The notes below the pieces were generated by a model that saw only the letters and a program-made list of their open reading frames with translations, searched no databases and was not told the origin of the DNA. DNA of 30,032 nt. It comes from an uncultured bacterium (lineage in GTDB: Bacteria; Hydrogenedentota; Hydrogenedentia; Hydrogenedentales; JAEUWI01). Position 1 is the stretch's first letter; the number at the start of each line of letters is the position of its first letter. The stretch spans positions 1 to 30,032 of the forward strand of contig CAXBPH010000061.1 of assembly GCA_963977445.1 (NCBI GenBank). Reading direction: 5' to 3'. The position numbers and the translations under genes are program-made. Below are positions 18,099-26,676 of this stretch, one piece after another.

Positions 18099-18244
18099 AC
18101 CCTTTGAATGATCAATGGCCCGCCCGTTTGGTCGGTGCAGTCCCCAATAGGTGCTGCGATGTTTATTGGTCTTCGCGCGAAAGGTATACTCAGTCGCAAT
18201 ACGTAATGTGGGCACGCCCGTGAGCCGAATAAAGGTTTGTAAAC

Positions 18245-19000
18245 ATGAATATTGATATTCTCTATACCGAAGACTGCCCCAACTACCCATTCGCGGTGGC
18301 CCTGGTAAACGACGTGGTCAAAGATCTAAATCTCGATGCGGAGATTCAGGAGGTCCTCGTGCGCGGTCCGGAAGAGGCGCGTACGATGCACTTTCTCGGT
18401 TCGCCGAGCATCCAGGTCAACTGGGTCGATATTGAGCCCGGCGCGAGTGATCGCACGGATTTTTGCTATGCCTGTCGCACCTATGGCGGTGAAGGGATTC
18501 CGTCGCGATCCATGCTCCTTGCCGCATTGACGGGCGAGACGCCTTCCGAGGTTACGGATGACGATGTCGCCGTTGCCGAAGATGTTTCACCCGTCCGCGC
18601 TTCCAGCGCACAAGAACCGAAGATGATTTCCACACCCATATGTCCGGGATGTTTGTCATCCCTCGTTCGCTTGGGCATGCACAAGACCACGTCGGTGGCC
18701 CACAATTATGCTGGTCGCGAATATTATTTTTGTTCTCGGGGTTGTGTGGATGTATTCGAGCGGGATGCGGAGCGCTATCTGCTGGAGCTCAGGGGGCTTA
18801 TCGTTTGCCCCGTTTGTCTCGGGGAGCGTTACGAACGCTCCGCCACTTACGTTGCCGTGGAGGGAAGCGTATACTTTACCTGCCGCGCCCCCCGCTGTGG
18901 TGAACTGCTCCGGGAAGACCCTGATTTCTATTTCAAACGTCTGGCGGGGACCGTTTCGAGCTCGGGGGTGAAGGATCACGACGGCTGCTCACTCGGCTGA
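18245..19000 (+). CDS. Thioredoxin-like (DCPN...GSPS...ACR-Y) domain fused to two Cys-rich YHS/TRASH-like domains
   Basis: N-terminus: ILYTEDCPN, FLGSPSIQVN, ACRTY. After an acidic linker come CPGC...YAGREYYFCSRGCVDVF...YL and CPVC...YFTCRAPRC...PDFY. Confidence 0.75.
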   Translation: MNIDILYTEDCPNYPFAVALVNDVVKDLNLDAEIQEVLVRGPEEARTMHFLGSPSIQVNWVDIEPGASDRTDFCYACRTYGGEGIPSRSMLLAALTGETPSEVTDDDVAVAEDVSPVRASSAQEPKMISTPICPGCLSSLVRLGMHKTTSVAHNYAGREYYFCSRGCVDVFERDAERYLLELRGLIVCPVCLGERYERSATYVAVEGSVYFTCRAPRCGELLREDPDFYFKRLAGTVSSSGVKDHDGCSLG

Positions 19001-19192
19001 GCGCGATCCCTTCCACAATCACTGAAATGCCAAAAAGCCAGCGGTCCACGATGAAATAACATAGTTTTCTATTGTGTGGACATGTCTGGCCCATATTCTC
19101 TATGCTATTTTCTTTCGACTCTTTGGCGATCATGACGAACTGGCGACATTGTGTTTCATCAATGTTCCGTATCGCAGTTAGGTAGTATTTTC

Positions 19193-22114
19193 ATGCAAAA
19201 AATTACACTGATTACCCTGATTTCCTTCGCGCTGTGCGTACTCCAGCCTCTGTCGGCGGAACAGCCCGATCCCATTGCGCCCGATAAGGCACTTTCGACC
19301 TTTCACTTGCCGGATGACGTCGAAATTCAGCTGGTGGCTTCGGAGCCCATCGTAGAAGACCCGGTCGCGCTGGCCTTTGATACCAATGGGCTACTTTACG
19401 TTGTGGAAAATCGCGGGTACCCCAGTGATGATGCCAACAAGGGGCGGGTCAGCATTCTGAAGGATTTGGATGGGGACGGGTACTACGAGTCCCGAACGAT
19501 TTTTGCCGAAGGCTTTACCTTTCCCAATGGCGTGATGCCCTGGAAGGGCGGCGTGTTGGTAACAAGCGCGCCTACCGTTTATTTTCTTCAGGACACCGAC
19601 GGGGACGATGTGGCCGATGTGCGGGAAGATTTTCTCACGGGCTTTAAGCTGGGCGGTTCCACCCAGCTCTATGTGAGTCACCCGACTCTTGGTCTGGACA
19701 ACTGGCTTTATTTCACCAATGGACTCAGCGGGGGAGAGGTCAGCGACCCGCAGCACCCCGAACTGCCTCCTGTCGTAATGGGCACCAGTGATCTTCGATT
19801 TAATCCACTCACACGGGCCTTGGAAGCGACTGCCGGTCGCGCGCAGTTTGGTCAGACCTTCGACAATTACGGCCACCGCTTCGTATGCAGCAACCGGAAA
19901 CACATTTCACAGGTGCTCCTTGAGCAGAGCGACCTCGCCCGTAATCCCTATGCCGGCCTTCATGAAGTGGAAGACGAAATCGCCGGGCCTGGCAGTGAAA
20001 CGAGAATTTATGCCCTTTCCGAAGCAACTACCACGGCGTATTCCCATGCCGGCACGTTTACGGCTGCCTGTGGCGTGGTGATCTATCGCGGCACCGCGTT
20101 GCCCGAGGCCTACCAGCAAAATGGATTTACCTGTGACCCCACGGGTAACTTGGTCCATCGTACCGTTCTTACAGAAAACGGCCCGGCCTACAAAGGTACC
20201 CGTGGACGGGAAGGCGTCGAGTTCCTGGCGAGCACCGACAATTGGAGCCGCCCCGTCTTCCTGGCCAATGCCCCCGATGGTGCCCTCTATATGTGCGATA
20301 TGTATCGAAAATCTATCGAGCATCCCCAGTACCTTCCCAAAGACGTTATTGCGGTAACCGATTTCAGCCAGGGGAAGGGCATGGGACGTATCTATCGTAT
20401 TGTGAAGAAGGGCGCGGCGGCCGGACCGACCACCTTCACCACGGACACGACCAAAGCCGAATCGCTGGTTGCCCAATTGAGTGCAACCGACAGCTGGCAG
20501 CGAGAGACCGCCCATCGTCTGCTGCTTACGGAGCAGGAAGGTACCCCGGCCCTCATTGAGTCATTGCGGAATACCCTGTTGAGCGCACCTGCACCGTTGG
20601 CCCGTTTACACAGTCTTTACTTGTTAAATGGCCACGGTGCGCTGACCGAGGCAGACTTGCTTCACGCCATGAAAGATGAATCCCCCGCGCTTCGCGAACA
20701 TGGAATACGCCTGGCACGTCCTGGTTTAGCCGGGTCTGACGCGTTAAAGGCGGCGACGGTGGCTTGTGCAAGCGACGACGATGGCCGTGTGCGCTACTAC
20801 GCTGCGCTGTCACTGGGCGACCTGGGAACGCCAGATGTCGTTGCACCCTTGCTCGAAGTGGCCCACCGAGGCTTAGATAACTCCTGGATTCGCGCGGCAG
20901 TGTTTTCAGGCATCAACAATCAGGTTGCTGATTTTTCCACCCAGTTTCTGACGAGTACGCCCGTGAACAACGATTCTCTGGGCGAGTGGGTCGAGACGCT
21001 GACCCGTATGGTGGCCCAGAGTCAGTCCGCAGAGGTTGCGGGTTCCGTGTTGACGACGGTGTTGACCGGCCCCATTGCGGGGGACTCGGACGCGTTCCTG
21101 GTGGCCTTGGAAGGTATGGCCGAAGGGGTTCGCCGAAATCGAGCCTATGACGGTGCCCAACCAGCGCTTAAGCACCTGCTTGCCCTGGCGGCCACGTCGC
21201 CCGAAGCAACGAAGGTTTTGACCGAGGCTATCGCCGAGGGGAAATCCTGGGCCACAGACAGTAGCGTGGCCCAACCACTTCGACTGCGCGCTATTCGCCT
21301 TCTCGGCTACGGCACCTTCGAAGACGGTGGAGCGATCCTGGGTGGGCTCTTGCAGCCTCGTGAAACCCAGGAGATTCGACACGCCGCCGTGCAGGCGCTG
21401 GGTATGATGTCCGATCCTGGTGTGGCGGACATTCTCGCGGCAGAAGAGGCGTGGGGACTCTACAATACACCCATTCGGAAGGCGGCGCTTTCTACCCTCA
21501 TGTCCCGCCCGGAGCGAATTGCGGTCTTGCTCGATGGCATGGATGCAGGATACATCCCGGCGTGGTCCATTGATCCCGTCACTCGACGTCAGCTCACGAA
21601 CCACAAAGATGAAACCCTGAAGGCCCGTGCTATCGCCTTGTTCAGCAACGTGGAGACGTCTGACCGGAATGCGGTTTATGAAGACTATAAGACCATATTT
21701 GCCCTGGACGGTGATTCTGTTGCCGGTCGGGAAGTGTTTAAGAACAATTGCGCCCGTTGCCACAAGTTCGCCGAAGATGGCTATGAAGTGGGTCCCGATC
21801 TGACGGGGATTCGCAGTCAGCCCCAGGAATCCATCTTGTTGCATATCATTAAACCCAACAGCGAAGTGCTGGCGGGCTTTGAAAATTTTGTCGTGGAAAC
21901 GAGAGACCTCGAAACCTTTTCGGGAATCGTGGTCGCCGAAAATGAAAGCACGGTAACCATTCGCGGTGCCCTCGGTGTGGAAAATACCATCAACCGCGAA
22001 GACATCGACACCATGTCGTCAGCCAGCCTTTCCCTTATGCCCGAAGAGTTGGAGAAGGTCATGTCCAAACAGGAAATGCGTAATCTCATCGGATTTCTTA
22101 AGGGACAGAAATAA
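19193..22114 (+). CDS. PVC-type membrane-bound dehydrogenase-like protein (beta-propeller + HEAT repeats + CxxCH cytochrome c)
   Basis: Signal peptide; LVASEP, DLDGDG, GLDNWLY, FTAACG, RPVFLANAPDGALYMCDMYR, GRIYRI; HEAT-like middle region; NCARCH...VGPDLT...SLMPE. ATG 19193 is preferred. Confidence 0.9.
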   Translation: MQKITLITLISFALCVLQPLSAEQPDPIAPDKALSTFHLPDDVEIQLVASEPIVEDPVALAFDTNGLLYVVENRGYPSDDANKGRVSILKDLDGDGYYESRTIFAEGFTFPNGVMPWKGGVLVTSAPTVYFLQDTDGDDVADVREDFLTGFKLGGSTQLYVSHPTLGLDNWLYFTNGLSGGEVSDPQHPELPPVVMGTSDLRFNPLTRALEATAGRAQFGQTFDNYGHRFVCSNRKHISQVLLEQSDLARNPYAGLHEVEDEIAGPGSETRIYALSEATTTAYSHAGTFTAACGVVIYRGTALPEAYQQNGFTCDPTGNLVHRTVLTENGPAYKGTRGREGVEFLASTDNWSRPVFLANAPDGALYMCDMYRKSIEHPQYLPKDVIAVTDFSQGKGMGRIYRIVKKGAAAGPTTFTTDTTKAESLVAQLSATDSWQRETAHRLLLTEQEGTPALIESLRNTLLSAPAPLARLHSLYLLNGHGALTEADLLHAMKDESPALREHGIRLARPGLAGSDALKAATVACASDDDGRVRYYAALSLGDLGTPDVVAPLLEVAHRGLDNSWIRAAVFSGINNQVADFSTQFLTSTPVNNDSLGEWVETLTRMVAQSQSAEVAGSVLTTVLTGPIAGDSDAFLVALEGMAEGVRRNRAYDGAQPALKHLLALAATSPEATKVLTEAIAEGKSWATDSSVAQPLRLRAIRLLGYGTFEDGGAILGGLLQPRETQEIRHAAVQALGMMSDPGVADILAAEEAWGLYNTPIRKAALSTLMSRPERIAVLLDGMDAGYIPAWSIDPVTRRQLTNHKDETLKARAIALFSNVETSDRNAVYEDYKTIFALDGDSVAGREVFKNNCARCHKFAEDGYEVGPDLTGIRSQPQESILLHIIKPNSEVLAGFENFVVETRDLETFSGIVVAENESTVTIRGALGVENTINREDIDTMSSASLSLMPEELEKVMSKQEMRNLIGFLKGQK

Positions 22115-22127
22115 CGTCTGTTTTCGC

Positions 22128-23471
22128 CTACAGCGTCATAGCTGTTTCGACATCACAATCGGGGTTTTGTCGTTTGAATTTTCGTGCCCCGTCGAGAGAG
22201 ATTTGCTTACAACCGCGAATGCCGACTTTCTTCAGGGTGCGAATGCCGCTGAGTTCCATGAGGCCGTCGGTGGTTACTTCGGTGTAGGCGATGCCAACCT
22301 CAGCGATATTGGGCATGGTGCGAAAGCCTGCCATGCCAGCGTCGGTAACCTTCGTGCCCTCTATCCAGAATCGGTTGAGGTGTTTCAAGGTTTGGAGGCT
22401 TTTCAGCCCAACGTCGGTCAAGTTGGTGTAGCTTAGAAATAGCTTCTGCAGGTTGGGGTGTTTCGAGATATGTTGGATGCCGTCGTCGGTAATGTTCTCG
22501 ATTTCATCAAGACTCAGGAAAATCAGATTCTCCATGGCAGGCAGGTTGGTGAGCCAGTCGTTCCCGAGATCAGCCCGGTCTGCATCGATTGAAGCAAGAT
22601 AGGTCTGGTTCCCGATAAAGGCGCGGCCCGGTTCGCCCAGGGTGGTCCCGATGATGGATACCTCCCGGAGTGAGGTGAGCCGGTAGAGCTTTTCAAAGCC
22701 CTGTGGGCCAACCTGTGTGTTGTCCAGACTGAGCAGGAAGAGACCGGTCATATGGCTGATATTACTCAGGTCGTTATCGCCGATAGCGCAGTCATTCATC
22801 ACCAGGGACTGAAGGGCGTTGGAACCAAGCCGACGCAGGGCGGATACGTTGCTAATCTGAGAGGGGGAAAAGGTCAGCTGGGCTTCTTTGCCCGCGGGAA
22901 TTTCCACTTTTCCTTTGGCCTCGCCTACCTTGTTCCAACTGCCGCTGTGCTCGCCCTGGGTGTTCGCGGTATAACCCCAATCGCGAACGAATACGGTCCC
23001 CAGGGAAACATCGGAGGGAAAGGAAAGGGTCCGGCCTGCCGGGGCGGGGGCTGTTGCAATCGTGGGCGGAATCGGCGCTTTATAGTTACTGAAGAAAACC
23101 CAGCCGGTCGATCCCAGCACCAGGACGGACACCACCACGATGGCTTTTTTAACAAACTCCGGGCTCAGAAAAGCCTTGCGTTTTTTTTCGTCTTTCGGGG
23201 CCAGTTTGCCATCTCGTCGGGATTGAGGGATTTGAGCTTTGAGCTGGGCCGCCCGGGCATCTTTGTGGACGACGGTGAGGTGATCACATAAGAGTTCGGC
23301 TTCCTCTTCTTTGCCTATTCGCGCCAGGCACATGGCCCGGTTCAACATGATTTCATTATCGGACTTATAGGAGAGGGAGAGATCGTCTAATACAACGAGT
23401 GCCTCCGCCCAACGCTCCTGTTGATACAAATATTGTGCTTCATCGTACTTCTTCTTTATTTTTGGATCCAT
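22128..23471 (-). CDS. Single-pass membrane protein: N-terminal TPR-like helices, TM segment, C-terminal leucine-rich repeats
   Basis: YDEAQYLYQQERWAEAL...MLNRAMCLARIGKEEEA (TPR-like). A Lys/Arg-rich stretch precedes the TM segment AIVVVSVLVLGSTGWVFF. About eight ~24-aa repeats of type LxxLxLxxTxV(T/G)DxGL follow. Start is ATG 23471 or 23501. Confidence 0.85.
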   Translation of the reverse strand: MDPKIKKKYDEAQYLYQQERWAEALVVLDDLSLSYKSDNEIMLNRAMCLARIGKEEEAELLCDHLTVVHKDARAAQLKAQIPQSRRDGKLAPKDEKKRKAFLSPEFVKKAIVVVSVLVLGSTGWVFFSNYKAPIPPTIATAPAPAGRTLSFPSDVSLGTVFVRDWGYTANTQGEHSGSWNKVGEAKGKVEIPAGKEAQLTFSPSQISNVSALRRLGSNALQSLVMNDCAIGDNDLSNISHMTGLFLLSLDNTQVGPQGFEKLYRLTSLREVSIIGTTLGEPGRAFIGNQTYLASIDADRADLGNDWLTNLPAMENLIFLSLDEIENITDDGIQHISKHPNLQKLFLSYTNLTDVGLKSLQTLKHLNRFWIEGTKVTDAGMAGFRTMPNIAEVGIAYTEVTTDGLMELSGIRTLKKVGIRGCKQISLDGARKFKRQNPDCDVETAMTL

Positions 23472-23862
23472 CACACTACCCGTATTATGACTGCTCCACA
23501 TCAGGTGTCAGAAATCGTGCGACAGCCTTTGCACGCGTACACCCTTTTCTCCCACGAAGGTCTCACATTAGGAGACGGATAGTAGTATGTTCGAATTGTG
23601 TGGGAATTGCCAGAAAAAATCGGTCCAGTTTGCGACACCCTGTAAACGCCAGATTTCTGGTCGGTGCGCAGGGGTTCCCGAGGCTTGAATGGATATGGAT
23701 GCCGTACATATGCCAATATCGGACTTAGTGATTCAAGGCGTCCGCCATGTTTTTCGCGCAACGGTCCAATGTGTTCCTGAATTGGATGTCGCGAAGGCTC
23801 AACGATGGGTGAAAGGTGACCTGCTGTGATTGGCACGGGATGTAGCGGAGGGAACTATTAGG

Positions 23863-24579
23863 ATGAGTTGGTTTCAACTCGGTCCAGAGCAGGTTCTTCG
23901 TCGTATTGAAGCAGATGGATCTGCACCCGTGGTGCCCACCCTGATGTCATCGGTGCTTCGGGGCGTTCTGGGGTTTACCGCAGTAAGCCTACTCGGTTTT
24001 GCTCCGTGGGTAATTTTTGGATCCTATATCCACCAACACCTTGGCGAAGCCGGACTCTACGCGGTTTGCGCCCTCGTTTTTATTGCGTCGGCGGGGCCCT
24101 TGTTGCACCGCCTTATCATCGGGCCAGGTACGCTCCTTCGATTTGCGAAGCTCTTCGCCTTATCCTTCGCTGCCTATTCGGTGGCGTGGACCGTGGGCTG
24201 GATGCTTTGGAAGGGCCATCCGGGGAGCGTGGCGGGTCTTCTCGTCGGCACCGCCGTCATGGGGTGGATGATGGTTTGCGCTTTTGATGCCCGCAGTAAG
24301 ACGATATCCGTGATACTTGCACTTTTTCTCCTGAATGCAGCGGGCTATTTCGCTGGCGGTATGGTGGATGCTTGGGGTGCCGATTTGGAAGGTATCCCCA
24401 TTTCGGGGTCGACCCAACGCGCTGTCGCCCGATTCGGTTGGGCCCTGTCCTATGGGATTGGATTCGGCGCAGGCTTGGGCGTGGCCTTTTATCAGTGTCA
24501 GGCGGGGATACGGGAAGCTCTCGCGCGAGGTAATTGGGATGATGTGTCGAACGCAGGATTGAGTCCGTCGAATGATTGA
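23863..24579 (+). CDS. Hypothetical integral membrane protein (about 6 TM)
   Basis: Multiple Gly/Ala-rich hydrophobic helices; C-terminal YGIGFGAGLG. ATG 23863 follows a GGAGGG RBS-like sequence. Confidence 0.8.
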   Translation: MSWFQLGPEQVLRRIEADGSAPVVPTLMSSVLRGVLGFTAVSLLGFAPWVIFGSYIHQHLGEAGLYAVCALVFIASAGPLLHRLIIGPGTLLRFAKLFALSFAAYSVAWTVGWMLWKGHPGSVAGLLVGTAVMGWMMVCAFDARSKTISVILALFLLNAAGYFAGGMVDAWGADLEGIPISGSTQRAVARFGWALSYGIGFGAGLGVAFYQCQAGIREALARGNWDDVSNAGLSPSND

Positions 24580-24620
24580 AACATTTTATCGATGGGAATT
24601 GAGCAGAAGAATTTGTGTCT

Positions 24621-26159
24621 ATGAATGACCTCAATAACGAGTCCGATGGGGATGGTCGCTGGCGCTTTCAGGGGCTGGCCGTGTTCCTGCTTATTGGGTT
24701 TGGGCTGCTGCCCCGCTTGGCCTATTACCTGACCGGCCGTGCCCTCTGGTTTGACGAGGCCGCCCTCTGCATCAATATTTTGGAACGGACCTTCGGCGGT
24801 CTCCTCGAGCCCCTCGCTTTCAAGCAAGTCGCACCGCCCCTGTATTTGTGGTCGATGAAATGCTGCACCTTGGTCTTTGGTGCCAACGTCTATGCCGTCC
24901 GATTGCCGTCGCTTGTTGGCGGTTGCATGGCGCTCATCTTATTCTGGTGGGTTGCCCGTCGTGTTCTCTCGGGTCGCGGTGCATTGGTTGCCCTCTATTT
25001 CGTTGCCCTGTCGCAACATCTCATCAACTACGCCGGGGAAGCGAAACCCTATGCTACCGATGTGGCCCTCGCCCTCGCCGTGCTCTGGATGGCGCTCCGT
25101 TGGGAAGAGAAGGCACCCGCCTGGCAACGGGCCCTGCGCTATGGGGGTGCCCTTGGCCTCTTTGTGTGGTATTCCTTTCCCGTGGTCTTTGTCATCGCAG
25201 GAGTCGGGTTGGCCCGAATCTTCCTGGCCCTTTGGCAACGGGACAAGCGGGCTATTTTGTGCCTCGGGCTGCTCTATGGCCTGGCTGCGGGCTCTTTCCT
25301 CATTGAATACTTCGTCGCGATTGCACCCAGCCGTGGGGATGAAGCAACCATGGCCTACATGCAGTTTTACTGGCGCCACGGCTTCATGCCTTTTCCACCC
25401 ACGTCCCACTGGGACATTCGCTGGTACCGCGATCGGGTCTTCATGTTTTTTGATATGCCTGGCGGTTTTACCCTTACGGGTTTTGCGCTATTCGTCTGGG
25501 GTGCCGGATTAATTGGCCTGATGGCGCGACGCTTTCGTTTCGCCGCCATGATTCTGCTGCCAATGGTGCTGTGCCTTGCGGCGTCCTCCCTGAAGCTCTA
25601 TCCCTTTCATGGTCGTATGACCCTCTTTCTCGCCCCGGTTATCTTTCTGCTGGTCGGCGAAGGCGTCGCGCGCCTGTGTTCCATCAAACCCCATCGTGTG
25701 GGGCAGGCCATTGCTCTCCTGGCCCTCGTGCTCCTGTCCACCCAACCGCTGGTCCGTGCCCTGCGTATGACCGTCGCCCCGACACGTCACCATGAATTGG
25801 AGCGGGTGCTGGAATATGCCAGCGAACATTGGGAAGAAGGAGACCGGCTATACCTCCGTCAGGGGGACTACATCTCCTATCGCTTTCTCGAAGGCCGCTA
25901 TGATTTTCCCGAGGACGCCGTGCTGGTGGAGCAGCGAAAAGCCGGGCTGGAGACCGACGAAGCCGATTTTCGCGACGAGATAACGCCCCAGTTTGCGGCG
26001 TGGGGTCGGGTGTGGTTTCCCATGTCCTATGACAACGAGGGGGCTGTCTCCGAGTATGTCGGGTTTCTGGGAGAACACGGTACCACCGTTGAGCGTTTTG
26101 TTGCCCGCGGGGCCACTGTATATGGCGTGGAATTCGGTCACGAGAACGGGGCGGAATAG
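24621..26159 (+). CDS. GT-C superfamily glycosyltransferase (GT39/PMT_2, ArnT-like)
   Basis: ALWFDEA motif after the first TM, PPLY, VRLPSL, EAKPYA, YPF-GR; about 11-13 TM helices and a soluble C-terminal domain. Confidence 0.85.
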   Translation: MNDLNNESDGDGRWRFQGLAVFLLIGFGLLPRLAYYLTGRALWFDEAALCINILERTFGGLLEPLAFKQVAPPLYLWSMKCCTLVFGANVYAVRLPSLVGGCMALILFWWVARRVLSGRGALVALYFVALSQHLINYAGEAKPYATDVALALAVLWMALRWEEKAPAWQRALRYGGALGLFVWYSFPVVFVIAGVGLARIFLALWQRDKRAILCLGLLYGLAAGSFLIEYFVAIAPSRGDEATMAYMQFYWRHGFMPFPPTSHWDIRWYRDRVFMFFDMPGGFTLTGFALFVWGAGLIGLMARRFRFAAMILLPMVLCLAASSLKLYPFHGRMTLFLAPVIFLLVGEGVARLCSIKPHRVGQAIALLALVLLSTQPLVRALRMTVAPTRHHELERVLEYASEHWEEGDRLYLRQGDYISYRFLEGRYDFPEDAVLVEQRKAGLETDEADFRDEITPQFAAWGRVWFPMSYDNEGAVSEYVGFLGEHGTTVERFVARGATVYGVEFGHENGAE

Positions 26160-26195
26160 TCTCAGCGGGCACTTTCGGGATGGCCCGGTCCCATG

Positions 26196-26204
26196 TGATA
26201 AACT
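26196..26204 (+). promoter_or_regulatory. Possible extended -10 for the receiver/kinase operon
   Basis: TGATAAACT (TG-A-TAAACT), about 75 nt upstream of ATG 26281. Confidence 0.3.
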
Positions 26205-26280
26205 GGCCGAGTCGCCATTCAGTGTGATTCGGAGCGACGGCGGGGCGGATAGAGCATGTTGAATACGCAGGGAAAGATCT

Positions 26281-26676
26281 ATGGCCAAGGTAAAAAAAGT
26301 ACTGATTGTCGATGATGATGAAAGTATCCGTATGTTCGTCGCCGCCATTATGGAGGCGGAGGGCTGGGAGGTCATAGAAGCGCTGAACGGACAACAGGGA
26401 TTGGACGCCGCCGAACTGGAGACACCCGACCTGATAATCCTCGACGTAGACATGCCCGTTATGGATGGATTTGAAGCCTTCAAACGTTTTCGGGATTCTC
26501 CCTTTCTAGGCACCGTGCCCATCATCATGTTGACGGGTATCAATGAAGAACGGGGCGAAAGCTATGACCGGGACCGCATGGAGGCCGAGTTTGGCGTGGA
26601 AGGTCCGGAAGACTTCGTCGACAAGCCCGTAGATCCCGTGTTTCTGTTGCAAAGTGTCATGGGAGTCGTGGGGTAA
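26281..26676 (+). CDS. Single-domain response regulator (CheY-like receiver)
   Basis: VLIVDDD, ILDVDMPVMDG (phospho-Asp), IMLT, FVDKP. The stop overlaps the next ATG (TAATG). Confidence 0.93.
   Translation: MAKVKKVLIVDDDESIRMFVAAIMEAEGWEVIEALNGQQGLDAAELETPDLIILDVDMPVMDGFEAFKRFRDSPFLGTVPIIMLTGINEERGESYDRDRMEAEFGVEGPEDFVDKPVDPVFLLQSVMGVVG

Noticed and set aside
18245..18290. Selenocysteine in the thioredoxin-like domain
   Set aside because: The active-site codon is TGC (Cys), and there is no in-frame TGA before the stop.
23399..23836. ORFs 23399-23728 (+) and 23501-23836 (-) in the divergent intergenic region
   Set aside because: No motifs, atypical composition and no clear RBS; this is more likely promoter DNA.
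23831..23846. TGGCACGGGATGTAGC as a sigma-54 promoter
   Set aside because: The -24 box is good, but the spacing is GG-N11-GC rather than N10 and the TTGC element is absent.
14440..26159. RmlD-like, DegT and GT-C genes as one polysaccharide biosynthesis cluster
   Set aside because: They are separated by unrelated genes on both strands, and there is no flippase, polymerase or nucleotidyltransferase in the window.
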